Shown: piece after piece, positions 12,184 to 21,240 of the stretch
Layout: every line of letters begins with the position of its first letter
Position numbering within the stretch: position 1 is the first letter of the stretch
DNA from: an uncultured Gammaproteobacteria bacterium
Lineage (GTDB): Bacteria; Pseudomonadota; Gammaproteobacteria; CAWCPV01
NCBI GenBank assembly: GCA_963797555.1
Contig: CAWCPV010000007.1
Span: forward strand, 128,001-192,000
Direction: 5' to 3'
DNA length: 64,000 bases
Made by a program: the position numbers and the translations under genes
Notes under the pieces: model-generated
Seen by the model: the letters and a program-made list of their open reading frames with translations, nothing else
What the model was told of the DNA's origin: nothing
Databases searched by the model: none

Positions 12184-13266
12184 GTGTAGTGCTTCATTCT
12201 GTTTAGAACTTAAACGTGCGTTGGCGCGGATGACCTTCTGCAGGGTGTCCTTAGCCTTGGCGGTCCAGATGAAGGGTTTGGGATTGGCGTTGTGGGCATC
12301 GACATAGCGGTTGATGGCATGGATCAACTCGGGGACGCTTCGAAACACGCCACGGCGCAACCGATCCACAGTCAGGTCGCGGAAGAATCGCTCGACCATG
12401 TTCAACCAGGATGCTGAGGTGGGCGTGAAATGGATGTGGAAACGCGGGTGTTTTCCCAGCCATTTCTGAACGTTGGGATGTTTGTGGGTGGCGTAGTTGT
12501 CGCAGACCAAGTGCAGTTCCTTGTCCTTGGGCGTCTCGCGGTCGATTTGGCGCAGGAAGGTGAGCCACTCCGTGTGGCGATGGTGCGGCTCGCAGCGGGC
12601 AATCACGGAACCCTCCAAGGTGTTCAGGGCAGCAAACAGTGTCGTGGTGCCATGGCGCTTGTAGTCATGGGTCATGGTCGCAGCCCGCCCCTTCTTCAGC
12701 GGCAGGCCAGGTTGGGTACGATCCAGCGCCTGAACCTGACTCTTCTCGTCGCAGCACAACACCAAAGCATGCTCCGGGGGGGACAGATACAGCCCGACGA
12801 TGTCCTCCAACTTCTCGGTGAATTTCGGGTCGCGCGATACCTTGAAGGATTCGACACGATGCGGCTTCAGCCCATGGGCATGCCACACGCGCAGCACCGT
12901 GGTGTCGCTCACTCCCATTTCCTTAGCCAGGGTCCGCGTACTCCACTGTGTCGCTGCTAAGGGCTGGGTCTGAGTCGTGCGTCGCACGATCTCGGCGGCA
13001 TCCACCTTGGGCTGACGACCTCCGCGCGGCAGGTCACACTCGATGGCCGCCAGCCCGCCTTGCGCATAGCGCTCCCGCCAACGCCCAACCTGCACACGCC
13101 CAATCTTGAGTTCCGCCGCGATGGCCTTGTTCTCCATGCCCACCGCCGCCAACAGCACAATGCGCGCTCGGCGGGCCAGCCTCACACTCGTGGTGTTCGA
13201 ACGCGACACACGCCTCAGGCTCCGCTGTTCTTCCGCGCTCAGTCGGACCATCGGGGCTACTCGCAT
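12181..13266 (-). CDS. IS630-family transposase, intact
   Basis: HTH, CCDEKSQVQAL, HDYKRHGTTTLFAAL, DNYATH, SWLNMVERFF DDE motifs. Confidence 0.95.
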   Translation of the reverse strand: MRVAPMVRLSAEEQRSLRRVSRSNTTSVRLARRARIVLLAAVGMENKAIAAELKIGRVQVGRWRERYAQGGLAAIECDLPRGGRQPKVDAAEIVRRTTQTQPLAATQWSTRTLAKEMGVSDTTVLRVWHAHGLKPHRVESFKVSRDPKFTEKLEDIVGLYLSPPEHALVLCCDEKSQVQALDRTQPGLPLKKGRAATMTHDYKRHGTTTLFAALNTLEGSVIARCEPHHRHTEWLTFLRQIDRETPKDKELHLVCDNYATHKHPNVQKWLGKHPRFHIHFTPTSASWLNMVERFFRDLTVDRLRRGVFRSVPELIHAINRYVDAHNANPKPFIWTAKAKDTLQKVIRANARLSSKQNEALH

Positions 13267-13347
13267 CAGTGCTCTCCTGTCTTGGCTTCATAGCCCTGGA
13301 CAGCGATAGATCATATATGTTCCGTTAATTACCAAGCACTACACTAG
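12181..13347 (-). mobile_element. IS630-family insertion sequence
   Basis: Terminal inverted repeats CTAGTGTAGTGCTT (12181.. and ..13347) with TA/CTAG at both ends. Confidence 0.93.
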
Positions 13348-13380
13348 CGCGGGGCGGAGCGATGAGTGGGGGGTGCTGAG

Positions 13381-13425
13381 ATGAGCAAAAAACAGCCGCG
13401 CGGGAAGCCGTTCCCCAAGGGAGTG
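13381..13425 (+). pseudogene. N-terminal fragment of a DUF5681-like protein (MSKKQPRGKPFPKGV)
   Basis: Matches the PF.KG.SGNP.GRPK motif start; fused in frame to ISAzo13 fragment. Confidence 0.5.
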
Positions 13426-13868
13426 CCGGAGGACCATCGGCGGCGCTACGCGGCGCTTGAGGCGTTGAAGATCGGTTTCGGCGGCATCGCCTACGTGTCG
13501 CGGGTCTTGGGCATGAGCCGGTGCACGATCTACACCGGGATTCGCGAGTTGGAGGAGATGCGCAACGACGATCCCGAACACCCGGGGCGTCCCAGTGGCG
13601 ATGCCAAGCGCATCCGGCGGCCAGGCGGTGGTCGACCGAAGATCACCGAACGCCACGCGGGGCTGGAGGCGACGGTCGGCGACATTCTTGAAGCCCACAG
13701 CGCCGGCAGTCCGACCGACGAGACGGTACGTTGGACGGATCTGAAACCGCTGGAACTGGCGCAGGAACTGCTCCAACGTGGCTACGAGATCGGCCGCAAC
13801 ACGGCGGCGCAACTTTTGGAGCGGGCCGGCTATCGGCGTCGTTCCCTGCGCAAGGAGTTGATCACGTT
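13426..13868 (+). pseudogene. ISAzo13-family transposase fragment
   Basis: RRRYAALEALKIGFGGIAYVSRVLGMSRCTIYTGIREL...RIRRPGGGRPK...AGSPT...WT; truncated at both ends. Confidence 0.78.
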
Positions 13869-14202
13869 CCCTAGCCCGATCCACCCCTTGACCATAACCC
13901 GCCCCGCCAGCCCGCTCCCGGTGCCACAACCTTTTCGAGCCTCGCCAGGACCGCCCGGCTGGGTCTGCGCTTTCCGCTGAGCGACAGGTTCGCCGCGTCG
14001 ACATCAACGAACGGCAATAGAGCCTCATGAATTCTTCGTGCGACGCTTCATAACCGGGAAACTCGTTCATGGCGTTACCCACGGACTGGGCTAAGCAGAC
14101 CTCATGTTTGCATCAATATTGTTCCCGTTCAAGCAACTATCGGCCCAGGTTCAGACTCTACACCACGAAAGCTGGATAACTTGTTAGTGAACCGTTCCTT
14201 AA

Positions 14203-14342
14203 CAGGCTGTTGAAAAACTCCTGAGGACATTGAATCGGGGCGAGTCAATGGTGACTGAAGATTGAAGAATCAACGACTTATGTGGCCGCGCTCGGCCACG
14301 GACACGAAAAGCAGCCCGCGGCCGGACTTTTTCAACACCCTG
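14203..14342. mobile_element. 140-bp MITE with IS5/IS1182-like ends
   Basis: TIR CAGGCTGTTGAAAAA / TTTTTCAACACCCTG flanked by TTAA (14199-14202, 14343-14346); IHF-consensus AATCAACGACTTA at 14268-14280. Confidence 0.8.
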
Positions 14343-14448
14343 TTAAGGCCCCTTAAGGCTGCCTTTCGGTTTCCCTGACTCTTATTACTACCCTGCGTCC
14401 CCTCACCGGACTCTCGTGCAGTCTCCCACAAGGGTACCCCACCAGCAA

Positions 14449-15897
14449 TTATGGTCGCCCACGGTATGGCTCGCCAGCGGGGTGTGTGTGGAAAAAACGC
14501 ACCATCGCCTGCGAGGCGTCCGGTCCCCGGGGCTCGGTGAACGAGCCGGCCGGGCTGCCCCCCGACCACCCGTGTCCGGCACCGTGGACCAGCCAGCGCT
14601 CCAGAACGACCTCGCCGCTCGCGCCGCGATAGAGGGATCGGGTGTAGGCCAGTCCCTCGTGCACCTGTCCCCGGTGCGTGGTCATGCGCAGTTTCGTGCC
14701 CGCCGCCCGTCCCGTCCCGGCGCCGGCGTGGACCGTGGCCCATTGCGCGAGCACCCGGTCCCCATTGCCGGGGTGCACCGTGGTATCCCGGTCTCCGTGG
14801 AACACGATGGTGGGAACGGCCTGGAGGTGGGTCTTGCTCGTGGGAAAGCCGCCCTCCTGCGAAGGCCTAGCGCTCGTTTGGGGGTTTTGCATCGCCGCGA
14901 ACGCCGAGGGCAGGTCATGGGCGGCGCCGTAAGGCAGGCCGGAATGCACCCCGATGGCGGCAAACAGGTCGGGGTAGCTGACGCCCATCACCATGGCCAT
15001 GGCTCCACCGGCCGACAGGCCCGCCACATCGACGCGCCGCGCGTCGATGTGATAGTAGCTCATGATCTCACGCGTCATGCCGGCGATGATGGAGGGCTCG
15101 CCCCGGCCCCGGTGCTGGTCGCTCGCCTTGAACCAGTTCCAGCATCGGGACTGGTTGGCGGGCAGGGTCTGTTCGGGATACAGCACGAGGAACAGCTCCC
15201 GCTCCGCGAGCGCGTTCATGCGGGTGCCGGCGGCGAAATCATCCGGCCCCTGCGTACAGCCGTGGAGCATGACGATCAGCGGCAGGCGCTGTCCGCGATA
15301 CCCGCTGGGGACATAGAGCTTGTACGGCCGGGTCCCGGCCCGGTTGGTAAAGGAGGCGCTGACGAATTGTCCGCCGGTTTCCGTCTCCTTGCGGTCCCGA
15401 TCGGGCCTGCGGACGGCGCCCGGCGCGCGCAGTCCGCTGCGAGGCGCGCGCAGCGTCCTGCCCAGCAGCTCGGTCAGCTCGGAAGCGAGGGGGTTGGGCG
15501 CGGCCTGTCTGCTCCAAGGGGTATGCGTGGCGGTCCACGGTCCCCCGCTGCGCTGCGCCTTATCAGAGTCCGAGCCGGGCTCGGTCGGCTCGGCGCAGGC
15601 GCCCCTGCCCGCCCGTGGGGGTGACGGCTCCACATCCGGCGGTGGCGGCAAGGCGATGACGCGGCCCCGCCCGGCCGGCCCCGGGGCCGATGCCCCCGCG
15701 GGCGCTGCCGGCTCATCGACGACGCTGAACGTGGCGTCGATGGGCTCATCGACACCTCCCGCGGCGGCGCTTGACGCGGCTTCCGGCGCCCATCCGCCCC
15801 GCAGCGTGCGTTGAATGATTGCGGTCGCCCCCGTCAGCCGACCTGCGCGCGTGAGCCGGGTGGCTTCCGCCATTGCAGCGTGCATCGTATCGTCCAT
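14449..15897 (-). CDS. PHB-depolymerase family esterase (LpqC-like) with long Pro/Ala-rich N-terminus
   Basis: MLHGCTQ, CWNWF, AGLSAGG nucleophile, FHGDRDTTV, GHGWSGG; start MDDTMHAAMAEATRLTRAGRL after AAGGAG. Confidence 0.9.
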   Translation of the reverse strand: MDDTMHAAMAEATRLTRAGRLTGATAIIQRTLRGGWAPEAASSAAAGGVDEPIDATFSVVDEPAAPAGASAPGPAGRGRVIALPPPPDVEPSPPRAGRGACAEPTEPGSDSDKAQRSGGPWTATHTPWSRQAAPNPLASELTELLGRTLRAPRSGLRAPGAVRRPDRDRKETETGGQFVSASFTNRAGTRPYKLYVPSGYRGQRLPLIVMLHGCTQGPDDFAAGTRMNALAERELFLVLYPEQTLPANQSRCWNWFKASDQHRGRGEPSIIAGMTREIMSYYHIDARRVDVAGLSAGGAMAMVMGVSYPDLFAAIGVHSGLPYGAAHDLPSAFAAMQNPQTSARPSQEGGFPTSKTHLQAVPTIVFHGDRDTTVHPGNGDRVLAQWATVHAGAGTGRAAGTKLRMTTHRGQVHEGLAYTRSLYRGASGEVVLERWLVHGAGHGWSGGSPAGSFTEPRGPDASQAMVRFFHTHPAGEPYRGRP

Positions 15898-15937
15898 GTC
15901 CGTGATCTCCTTTAAGGTGCGGCAACAACCCGGCGGG

Positions 15938-16327
15938 TCAACGCATCCGGTCGGCCAGGGCCGCCCTGACGGCCGCGCTGGCCCGCAAGGCGCCCAGGAT
16001 GCTGATGGAGTCGATGGTATCTCGGGCCAAGTCGGGCGGCACGTCGTCGGCAATGATGACCAGGCCCAGCACCTGGATCTGAAGCCGCTGTCCGGTCGCC
16101 CGAACCGCTTCCAGGTCGCGGCGGGTGTAGTGTTGCAGACCGAGCACCAGGGTCTTGCGCGCCACCGTTTGCTTGATGGTCTCGGCATGAGTGGCGAGCT
16201 GATTGCGGATCGCGGTGCGAATGAAATCCGTGCGGTTGGAATAAAAGCCTTCCTGCACCAACAGGTCGATCTGCCCGAGGTCGACGAACCCCAGGTTGAT
16301 CGTGATCTTCTCGGTCTCTCCCGCCAT
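15938..16327 (-). CDS. CopG/ribbon-helix-helix transcriptional regulator
   Basis: EKITINLGFVDLGQIDLLVQEGFYSNRTDFIRTAIRNQL. Confidence 0.88.
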   Translation of the reverse strand: MAGETEKITINLGFVDLGQIDLLVQEGFYSNRTDFIRTAIRNQLATHAETIKQTVARKTLVLGLQHYTRRDLEAVRATGQRLQIQVLGLVIIADDVPPDLARDTIDSISILGALRASAAVRAALADRMR

Positions 16328-16328
16328 T

Positions 16329-16380
16329 ACCCGCTCTCTACCATCTAACCATCCTCCATACGGATGGTAGATTAGCGGGT
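16329..16380. promoter_or_regulatory. Putative CopG operator palindrome
   Basis: ACCCGCT..TCTACCATC...GATGGTAGA..AGCGGGT plus repeated ACCATC immediately upstream of the copG start. Confidence 0.6.
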
Positions 16381-17066
16381 CGGCACGTATTGTCAAGCAG
16401 CAGCTGAAGTCTGCGCGCAGCGGGGCCGAGAGTTCGGCGTCTGGGCTCGATGGGTCACTTGTTCACGCCATTACCTGCGCCTCCAGTCGAGCTTACCGCC
16501 TGCGAATGGGTCTGAGGTGCGCCCACCAGCGCCGTGACGTGGGCTATCGCCCTTCGCGAGGACTGGAACGCGGGCCGCAATGACATTCGGGTGGCGCCCG
16601 TATGACCGCTTCCAGCATCTGAAGCTGCCCCTCACCGGCGGCGGTTGGGCGTCCGCATTTGTTAAGGGTTATCAGATGCCTACTGCCGGGTGGAGGCGAT
16701 CGAGAGGGGCGCCGGGCTGGAAGATTGCCTTTGGACCTGCTGGTTAGCGTGGTCGGCGGTAGGCGTCTGATAAGCCTCGGGGGAGGAAACCGCGGGAGGC
16801 GAACGACGAGGCCAGTGCAGGGATAGTGCTATGGGGATTTGAATGCTGCCGGCGGGTCTCGGATGCGATGAGGAGGCGATGACTGGGGTGTGCTGCGGGT
16901 TCGGGGAGGCGAAATGGGCCACTGGAGGTGGGCGGCCGGCTGGCGCGAAGCGGTGATGGCTGCGGCGCGAGCGAGCTTCTCGCAGCGTTGTGCACGGCGT
17001 CTGGTTCACCGACGCCGAGCCGATGAGCGAAGGGCGCTGAAGCGCGGGGGATGATAGCGGCGATGT

Positions 17067-18279
17067 TCATACCGCCTCGCCCATGGCCGATGGTGGTGCA
17101 CGCGGGGCATGAGCACGCTCCAAGGTTGAGATGATTCAGCATGGGTGCACCGCAACAGGGACAAGGGCGCGCTTGGGTGGTTGGGGCAGCCGGCGGTGCC
17201 TCCTCGTGGAGGCGGACGGGCACGGCAATGAGCGGGGAGGTCTTGGCGCCGAGCAGCTCCCGAGCACGGGCCAGATGCTCAACTCGTGCGGCATTGGCGA
17301 GCAGTCCGTAGTGGCGGATGCGATGGAATCCCCGCGGCAGGACATGCAGCAGGAAGCGGCGCATGAACTCATCGACGGTCAAGGTTATGCGCCCATAGCG
17401 GCAACCGCCCTTCGCCCGATAGTCCTTGAACTTGAAGGTGACTCCTTTCTCATCGAGCGTGATCAGGCGGCGGTTGGCGATGGCCACGCGGTGGGTATAG
17501 CGCGAGAGATAAGCGAGGACCGCCTGCGGTCCGGCGAAGGGGCGCTTGGCGTAGACCACCCAGTCGCGCTGGCGCAGCGCCTGGAGCCATTCGCCAAAGG
17601 CGGTTGTCTCGGCAAGTCCGGCCTGCTCGCCGAAGAACTGTAGCTCACCGGCCTGATGGGCGGCGGCGAGCTTCTCGCAGAATAACCGCCGGAGGAGCCG
17701 CGAGAGCACCCGCACGGGCAGGAAGAAGCCACGGCGGCAGGCGACCCAGCGCTCGCCATCCAGTGAGATCCCACCCCCGGGCACGATACAGTGAAGGTGT
17801 GGGTGATGGGTCAGGGCCGAGCCCCAGGTATGCAACACGGCGCTGAGACCGATGCGCGCGCCCAAGTGGTTGGGATCCGCCGCGATAGTGAGCAAGGTCT
17901 CGGCGGCAGCCGCAAACAGCAGGGCGTAGATCACCGCCTTGTTGTGGTAGGCGAGCTGCCCGATCGGCGCCGGCAGGGTGAAGACTACGTGGTAGTACTC
18001 CACCGGCAGCAAATCGGCCTCCCGGGCAGCGAGCCATTGCTTGGCCACCGCCCCCTGGCACTTCGGACAGTGACGGTTGCGGCAGGAGTTGTAGGCGATC
18101 TGGGTGTGGCCGCAATCCGTACACTGCTCGACGTGGCCGCCGAGAGTGGCGGTGCGGCACTGGGTGATGGCCGACATCACCTGGAGCTGCCCCAGGCTCA
18201 GGTGCCCGGCCTGTGCCCGGCGCCACGCCGGTCCGTGGTCGCGGAAGATGTCCGCGACCTCCAAGGCCTGCCGCGGCAC
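17067..18279 (-). CDS. IS91-family (Y2/HUH) transposase, apparent extra base near 17137
   Basis: Zn-binding YNSCRNRHCPKC, HPHLHC (HUH), YLSRYTHR, RIRHYGLLAN, C-terminal CPCCG. Confidence 0.92.
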
Positions 18280-18282
18280 GGC

Positions 18283-19037
18283 TCAGGTGCGCGGCGGCTC
18301 CTGTGGCGTCAGCCGCTCCAGGGGACTGGTGACCGCGCACAGGGTGCGGGTGGCCACCTGGGCATAGAGCGCGGTGGTCTCCAGCTTCTGGTGCCCGAGC
18401 AGCACCTGGATGACACGGATGTCCTCCTGGTGCTCGAGCAGATGGGTAAGCTATGTCTGAGAGTATGCAGCGACACCCGCTTGGCGATCCCGGCCTCAGC
18501 GGCGGCGGTGTGGCAGGCGCGGTTGAGTTGGCGGGTCGACATCGGATCGAGCGGGTCCTGGCCGGGGAAGAGCCAGCCGTGGGGCAGCATCTTGCCGTGC
18601 ACATGCGCCTCACACCACCCTTGGCGCAGCAGCGCGAGCAAGGTCGGGGAGAGCATCACGTAGCGGTCCTTGCGCCCCTTGCCTTGTTCAACGCGGATCA
18701 CCATCCGCTCGCTGTCGATATCGTCGACCTTGAGCGCCACCACCTCCGAGGTGCGCAGCCCCGCCCCGTAGGCCACCGCCAGCGCCGCCTTGTACTTCAG
18801 CCCCGGCGCCGCCTCCAGCAGGCGCATGACCTCCTCGGGGCTTAACACCACCGGGAGTTTGCGCGGCACTCGCACATGGCTCATCTTCGCCATCAGCTCG
18901 CCACGCCCGAGGAAGCGCGTGAAGCTCTTCACCCAGCGGATATAGCCGCTCTGGGTCTTCTCTGCGAGCTTGCGCAGGCGCATGTCCTCGGTCATGCGCT
19001 GACGCAACGGGCTCACCGGCTTATGTTCGATACTCAT
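18283..19037 (-). pseudogene. Phage-integrase family tyrosine recombinase with internal deletion and frameshift
   Basis: SPLRQRMTEDMRLR, YGAGLR.SE, GKGRKDR, HTLRHS then shifted THLLE...LLGH.KLETTALY; N-terminal domain jumps FLGR|GELMAK. Confidence 0.88.
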
Positions 19038-19228
19038 GGGTCTGCTCCTGTTTGAGGTTGAGGGGGACTGCACCTCAAACCTCTAGACGGGACAGACCCT
19101 TCCCGCTAATTCACCAACCTCGCGCCAGCTTACCTCCCCTACCGCGCGAGCGGTTTAGTCCTCCGACCAGAACGGCCATTCGAGTTGCGCATTTTTGCGG
19201 CGGCCACTGACACCGATACATTGGCGAG

Positions 19229-19457
19229 ATGTTCGCTGTGCGGCCCCGATGCGAATCCTGGCCTTCGTCACCGATACGATACGCCCTCGGTCACCCACAT
19301 TCTGCGGCACCTCGGGGAACCGACCCAGCCGCCGCGCGTAGCCCCCGCGCGAGGACCGCCTGAATCTGCGGTACCCTTTGACCAGAGCCCGGCATTCGAC
19401 CCGGAAGCTACCGAGCCGGCGCCCGCCTTCCGGTTCGACCAGACCCTCTCCTGGTAA
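19229..19457 (+). pseudogene. C-terminal fragment of a second IS91/ISCR-like transposase
   Basis: CSLCG.MRILAFVTDTPSVTHILRHLGEPTQPPRVAPARGPP...FDQTLSW with small indels. Confidence 0.7.
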
Positions 19458-19631
19458 ACCTCGCGGCGCCGCCCCTCGGCCGGCGCGAGCCCTCGGCAAA
19501 AGGCACGGCGGCCTTCGCGCCGCTCGCCGGGAAACACCCCAACCACAGCCCCCAAGCCGCCCCAAGCGCAGGCTGCGCCTGCCTCGGGCACCCCAACCCG
19601 GCCTTGTCGAGCGACAGCCCTTCCCCGCGCC

Positions 19632-19693
19632 TTGACCGCTGCGCGCCCTGACCCTACACTCCTGTCTGCCTAGAGCCATTGGATTTCCTATCC
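19632..19693 (+). promoter_or_regulatory. Outward sigma70-like promoter and oriIS-like end of ISCR-like remnant
   Basis: TTGACC-17-TACACT (19632-19660) followed by TTGGATTTCCTATCC (19679-19693), similar to ISCR oriIS ends (..TTCCTATACCC). Confidence 0.5.
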
Positions 19694-19994
19694 TTGAAGC
19701 GGAGGCGGTACGGTGGTGTGGATGGTGGTGAAGATCCAGGCACAAGAGCAATTTCACATAGCACCAATCACGCCCGGCGCAGGACGGTCGCCTATCTTAC
19801 CCCGTCGGCAGATCATAGGCACTGCCTGGCTCGGTATTGTACTGTACTTGACGGCATGTTCTTCAGGCCGTAGATGTGACTGCGTACTCAGATTTAAGCG
19901 TCAATGGGGTTGCGGGGGCATGATAAATCGGCGTCGCAGTCCATTGAAGGAATCCAGCCGATGCTCATCGGCACTCCATGATGGGGTAGATCAC

Positions 19995-20624
19995 ATGAAA
20001 TCGCTATCGAAAACGTCTCGCGGAATCTGGGTGATTGGGTTGCTGATCGCTTTTCTTATGGTGAGCAGCTCATCCGTCGTAGGTGGAGAGAACGATCCGC
20101 AGGCCGCGATCGCGAAAAAGCAGGCGGAGCTCGAGAGGCAGCGCATCGAGCTCGAGAAGAAGAGCCTGGAGCTGCGGCAGAAGGAGCTCGACCTTGAGAA
20201 GTCGCGCAAGGAATTTCAGGCGCAGCAGAGCGGCCGTTCCCTCAGCATGAATCTTTCCGGCGACGTGCTCTTCGACTACGACCAGGCGACGCTGAAGCCG
20301 GAAGCCGAACAGGCACTCAAGAAGGTGGCGGTAGTGCTTTCACAATTCCCCGAAAGCCAGGTGACGGTGGAAGGCTATGCCGATGCGAAAGGCACACAGA
20401 CGGGGAACATGCAGCTGTCGCGCGAACGGGCTCAGGCGGTGAAGGACTGGCTGGTCAAGAACGGTGGCGTCCCGGCGGCCGACATCGCTACCAAGGGCTT
20501 TGGCGAGCAGTACCCGGTGGCAGCGAACACCAACCCGAACGGCACCGACAACCCGGTCGGTCGCGCGCTCAACCGACGAGTCTCGATCATCGTCGAGAGA
20601 GCGGCGCAGCGACCACCGCCCTGA
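19995..20624 (+). CDS. Exported coiled-coil + OmpA/MotB C-terminal peptidoglycan-binding protein
   Basis: Signal-like N-terminus, coiled coil, GDVLFDYDQATLK, VEGYAD, LSRERAQAV, GRALNRRV. Confidence 0.88.
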   Translation: MKSLSKTSRGIWVIGLLIAFLMVSSSSVVGGENDPQAAIAKKQAELERQRIELEKKSLELRQKELDLEKSRKEFQAQQSGRSLSMNLSGDVLFDYDQATLKPEAEQALKKVAVVLSQFPESQVTVEGYADAKGTQTGNMQLSRERAQAVKDWLVKNGGVPAADIATKGFGEQYPVAANTNPNGTDNPVGRALNRRVSIIVERAAQRPPP

Positions 20625-20629
20625 CCGGC

Positions 20630-21005
20630 GGAGCAGGACCGCTACCGCCGGGTCGACACCCACGTGGCGCCGCTGTCGGTGCTCGTAAGCAGCTCGCTAT
20701 CTGTTCCCGCGTACACCGTGGTCGGGGTTGCCGGATCGGTCATTGAGCATGCGGACAATCAAACCGTCCAGGTCGGTCATTACACTCCACGTCTGACCCG
20801 CATCAGTCGATCTGAATGCCCCGCTGGCGGTCCCCTGGTAGACGGTGTCGGACTGGACCGGGTCGGTGGTCACGACCATGATCTGCGTGTTTAGCACTCC
20901 GCTGCTTACGGCTGTCCAGCTCTCGGCGCCGTCACTGCTCTTGAAGATGCCCTCTGAGCTGCCGGCGTACAAAACCGTTGCACTCGTCACCAGGCTCCAG
21001 ACGGC
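20630..21005 (-). pseudogene. Fragment of a BNR/Asp-box (VPS10-like) beta-propeller protein
   Basis: Repeats LYAGSSEGIFKSSDGAESW, VYQGTASGAFRSTDAGQTW, VYAGT..LLTSTDSGATW. Confidence 0.7.
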
Positions 21006-21191
21006 GCCGCGAGCTACCTTGCCATGTCGGGAGCGGACATGCTCACCATCGCCGCGGTGCTGGGTCACAAGACGCTCTCCATGGTCAAGCGCTATGCGCA
21101 CTTGAGCGACCAGCATCAAGGCGAAGCACTGGCACGCATGAATGCCATGCTGTTCGAGCAAATGTCCCGCCAGTGTCCCAAGACCTTATGA
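21003..21191 (+). pseudogene. C-terminal remnant of the island's tyrosine integrase
   Basis: Manual translation GAASYLAMSGADMLTIAAVLGHKTLSMVKRYAHLSDQHQ... (box II LGH...RY); not in ORF track. Confidence 0.85.
21163..21180 (+). repeat. Putative integrase arm-type site, copy 2
   Basis: Identical to 11096-11113. Confidence 0.7.
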
Positions 21192-21223
21192 ATCCATTGC
21201 GGCACAGCGCACAGCGTAGATGC

Positions 21224-21240
21224 TCAGAACGAGTATCCGA
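21224..21240. repeat. Right att core TCAGAACGAGTATCCGA
   Basis: Identical to 10965-10981; coincides with the sulfotransferase stop codon. Confidence 0.9.

Larger units (their letters stand above)
16660..19161 (-). mobile_element. IS91-family rolling-circle element with upstream tyrosine recombinase
   Basis: Integrase + Y2 transposase tandem; ends GGACTAAACCGCTCGCGCGGTAG and TCTGATAACCCTTAACA; 20-bp inverted repeat 16669-16688 / 16754-16773; boundaries approximate. Confidence 0.8.
10965..21240. mobile_element. Degenerate integrative element (prophage/satellite-like) inserted in the 3' end of a sulfotransferase gene
   Basis: 17-bp direct repeat at both ends, integrase C-terminal remnant next to right end, internal 18-bp repeat near both ends, dense IS content. 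Confidence 0.85.

Noticed and set aside
13870-14082. Minus-strand ORF start MNEFPGYEASHEEFMRLYC
   Set aside because: Looks like a gene fragment but no family is recognisable, and the long frame is antisense to the ISAzo13 remnant
14449-16188. 579-aa extended esterase ORF
   Set aside because: First 97 codons overlap the CopG gene in another frame; a clear RBS precedes ATG 15897
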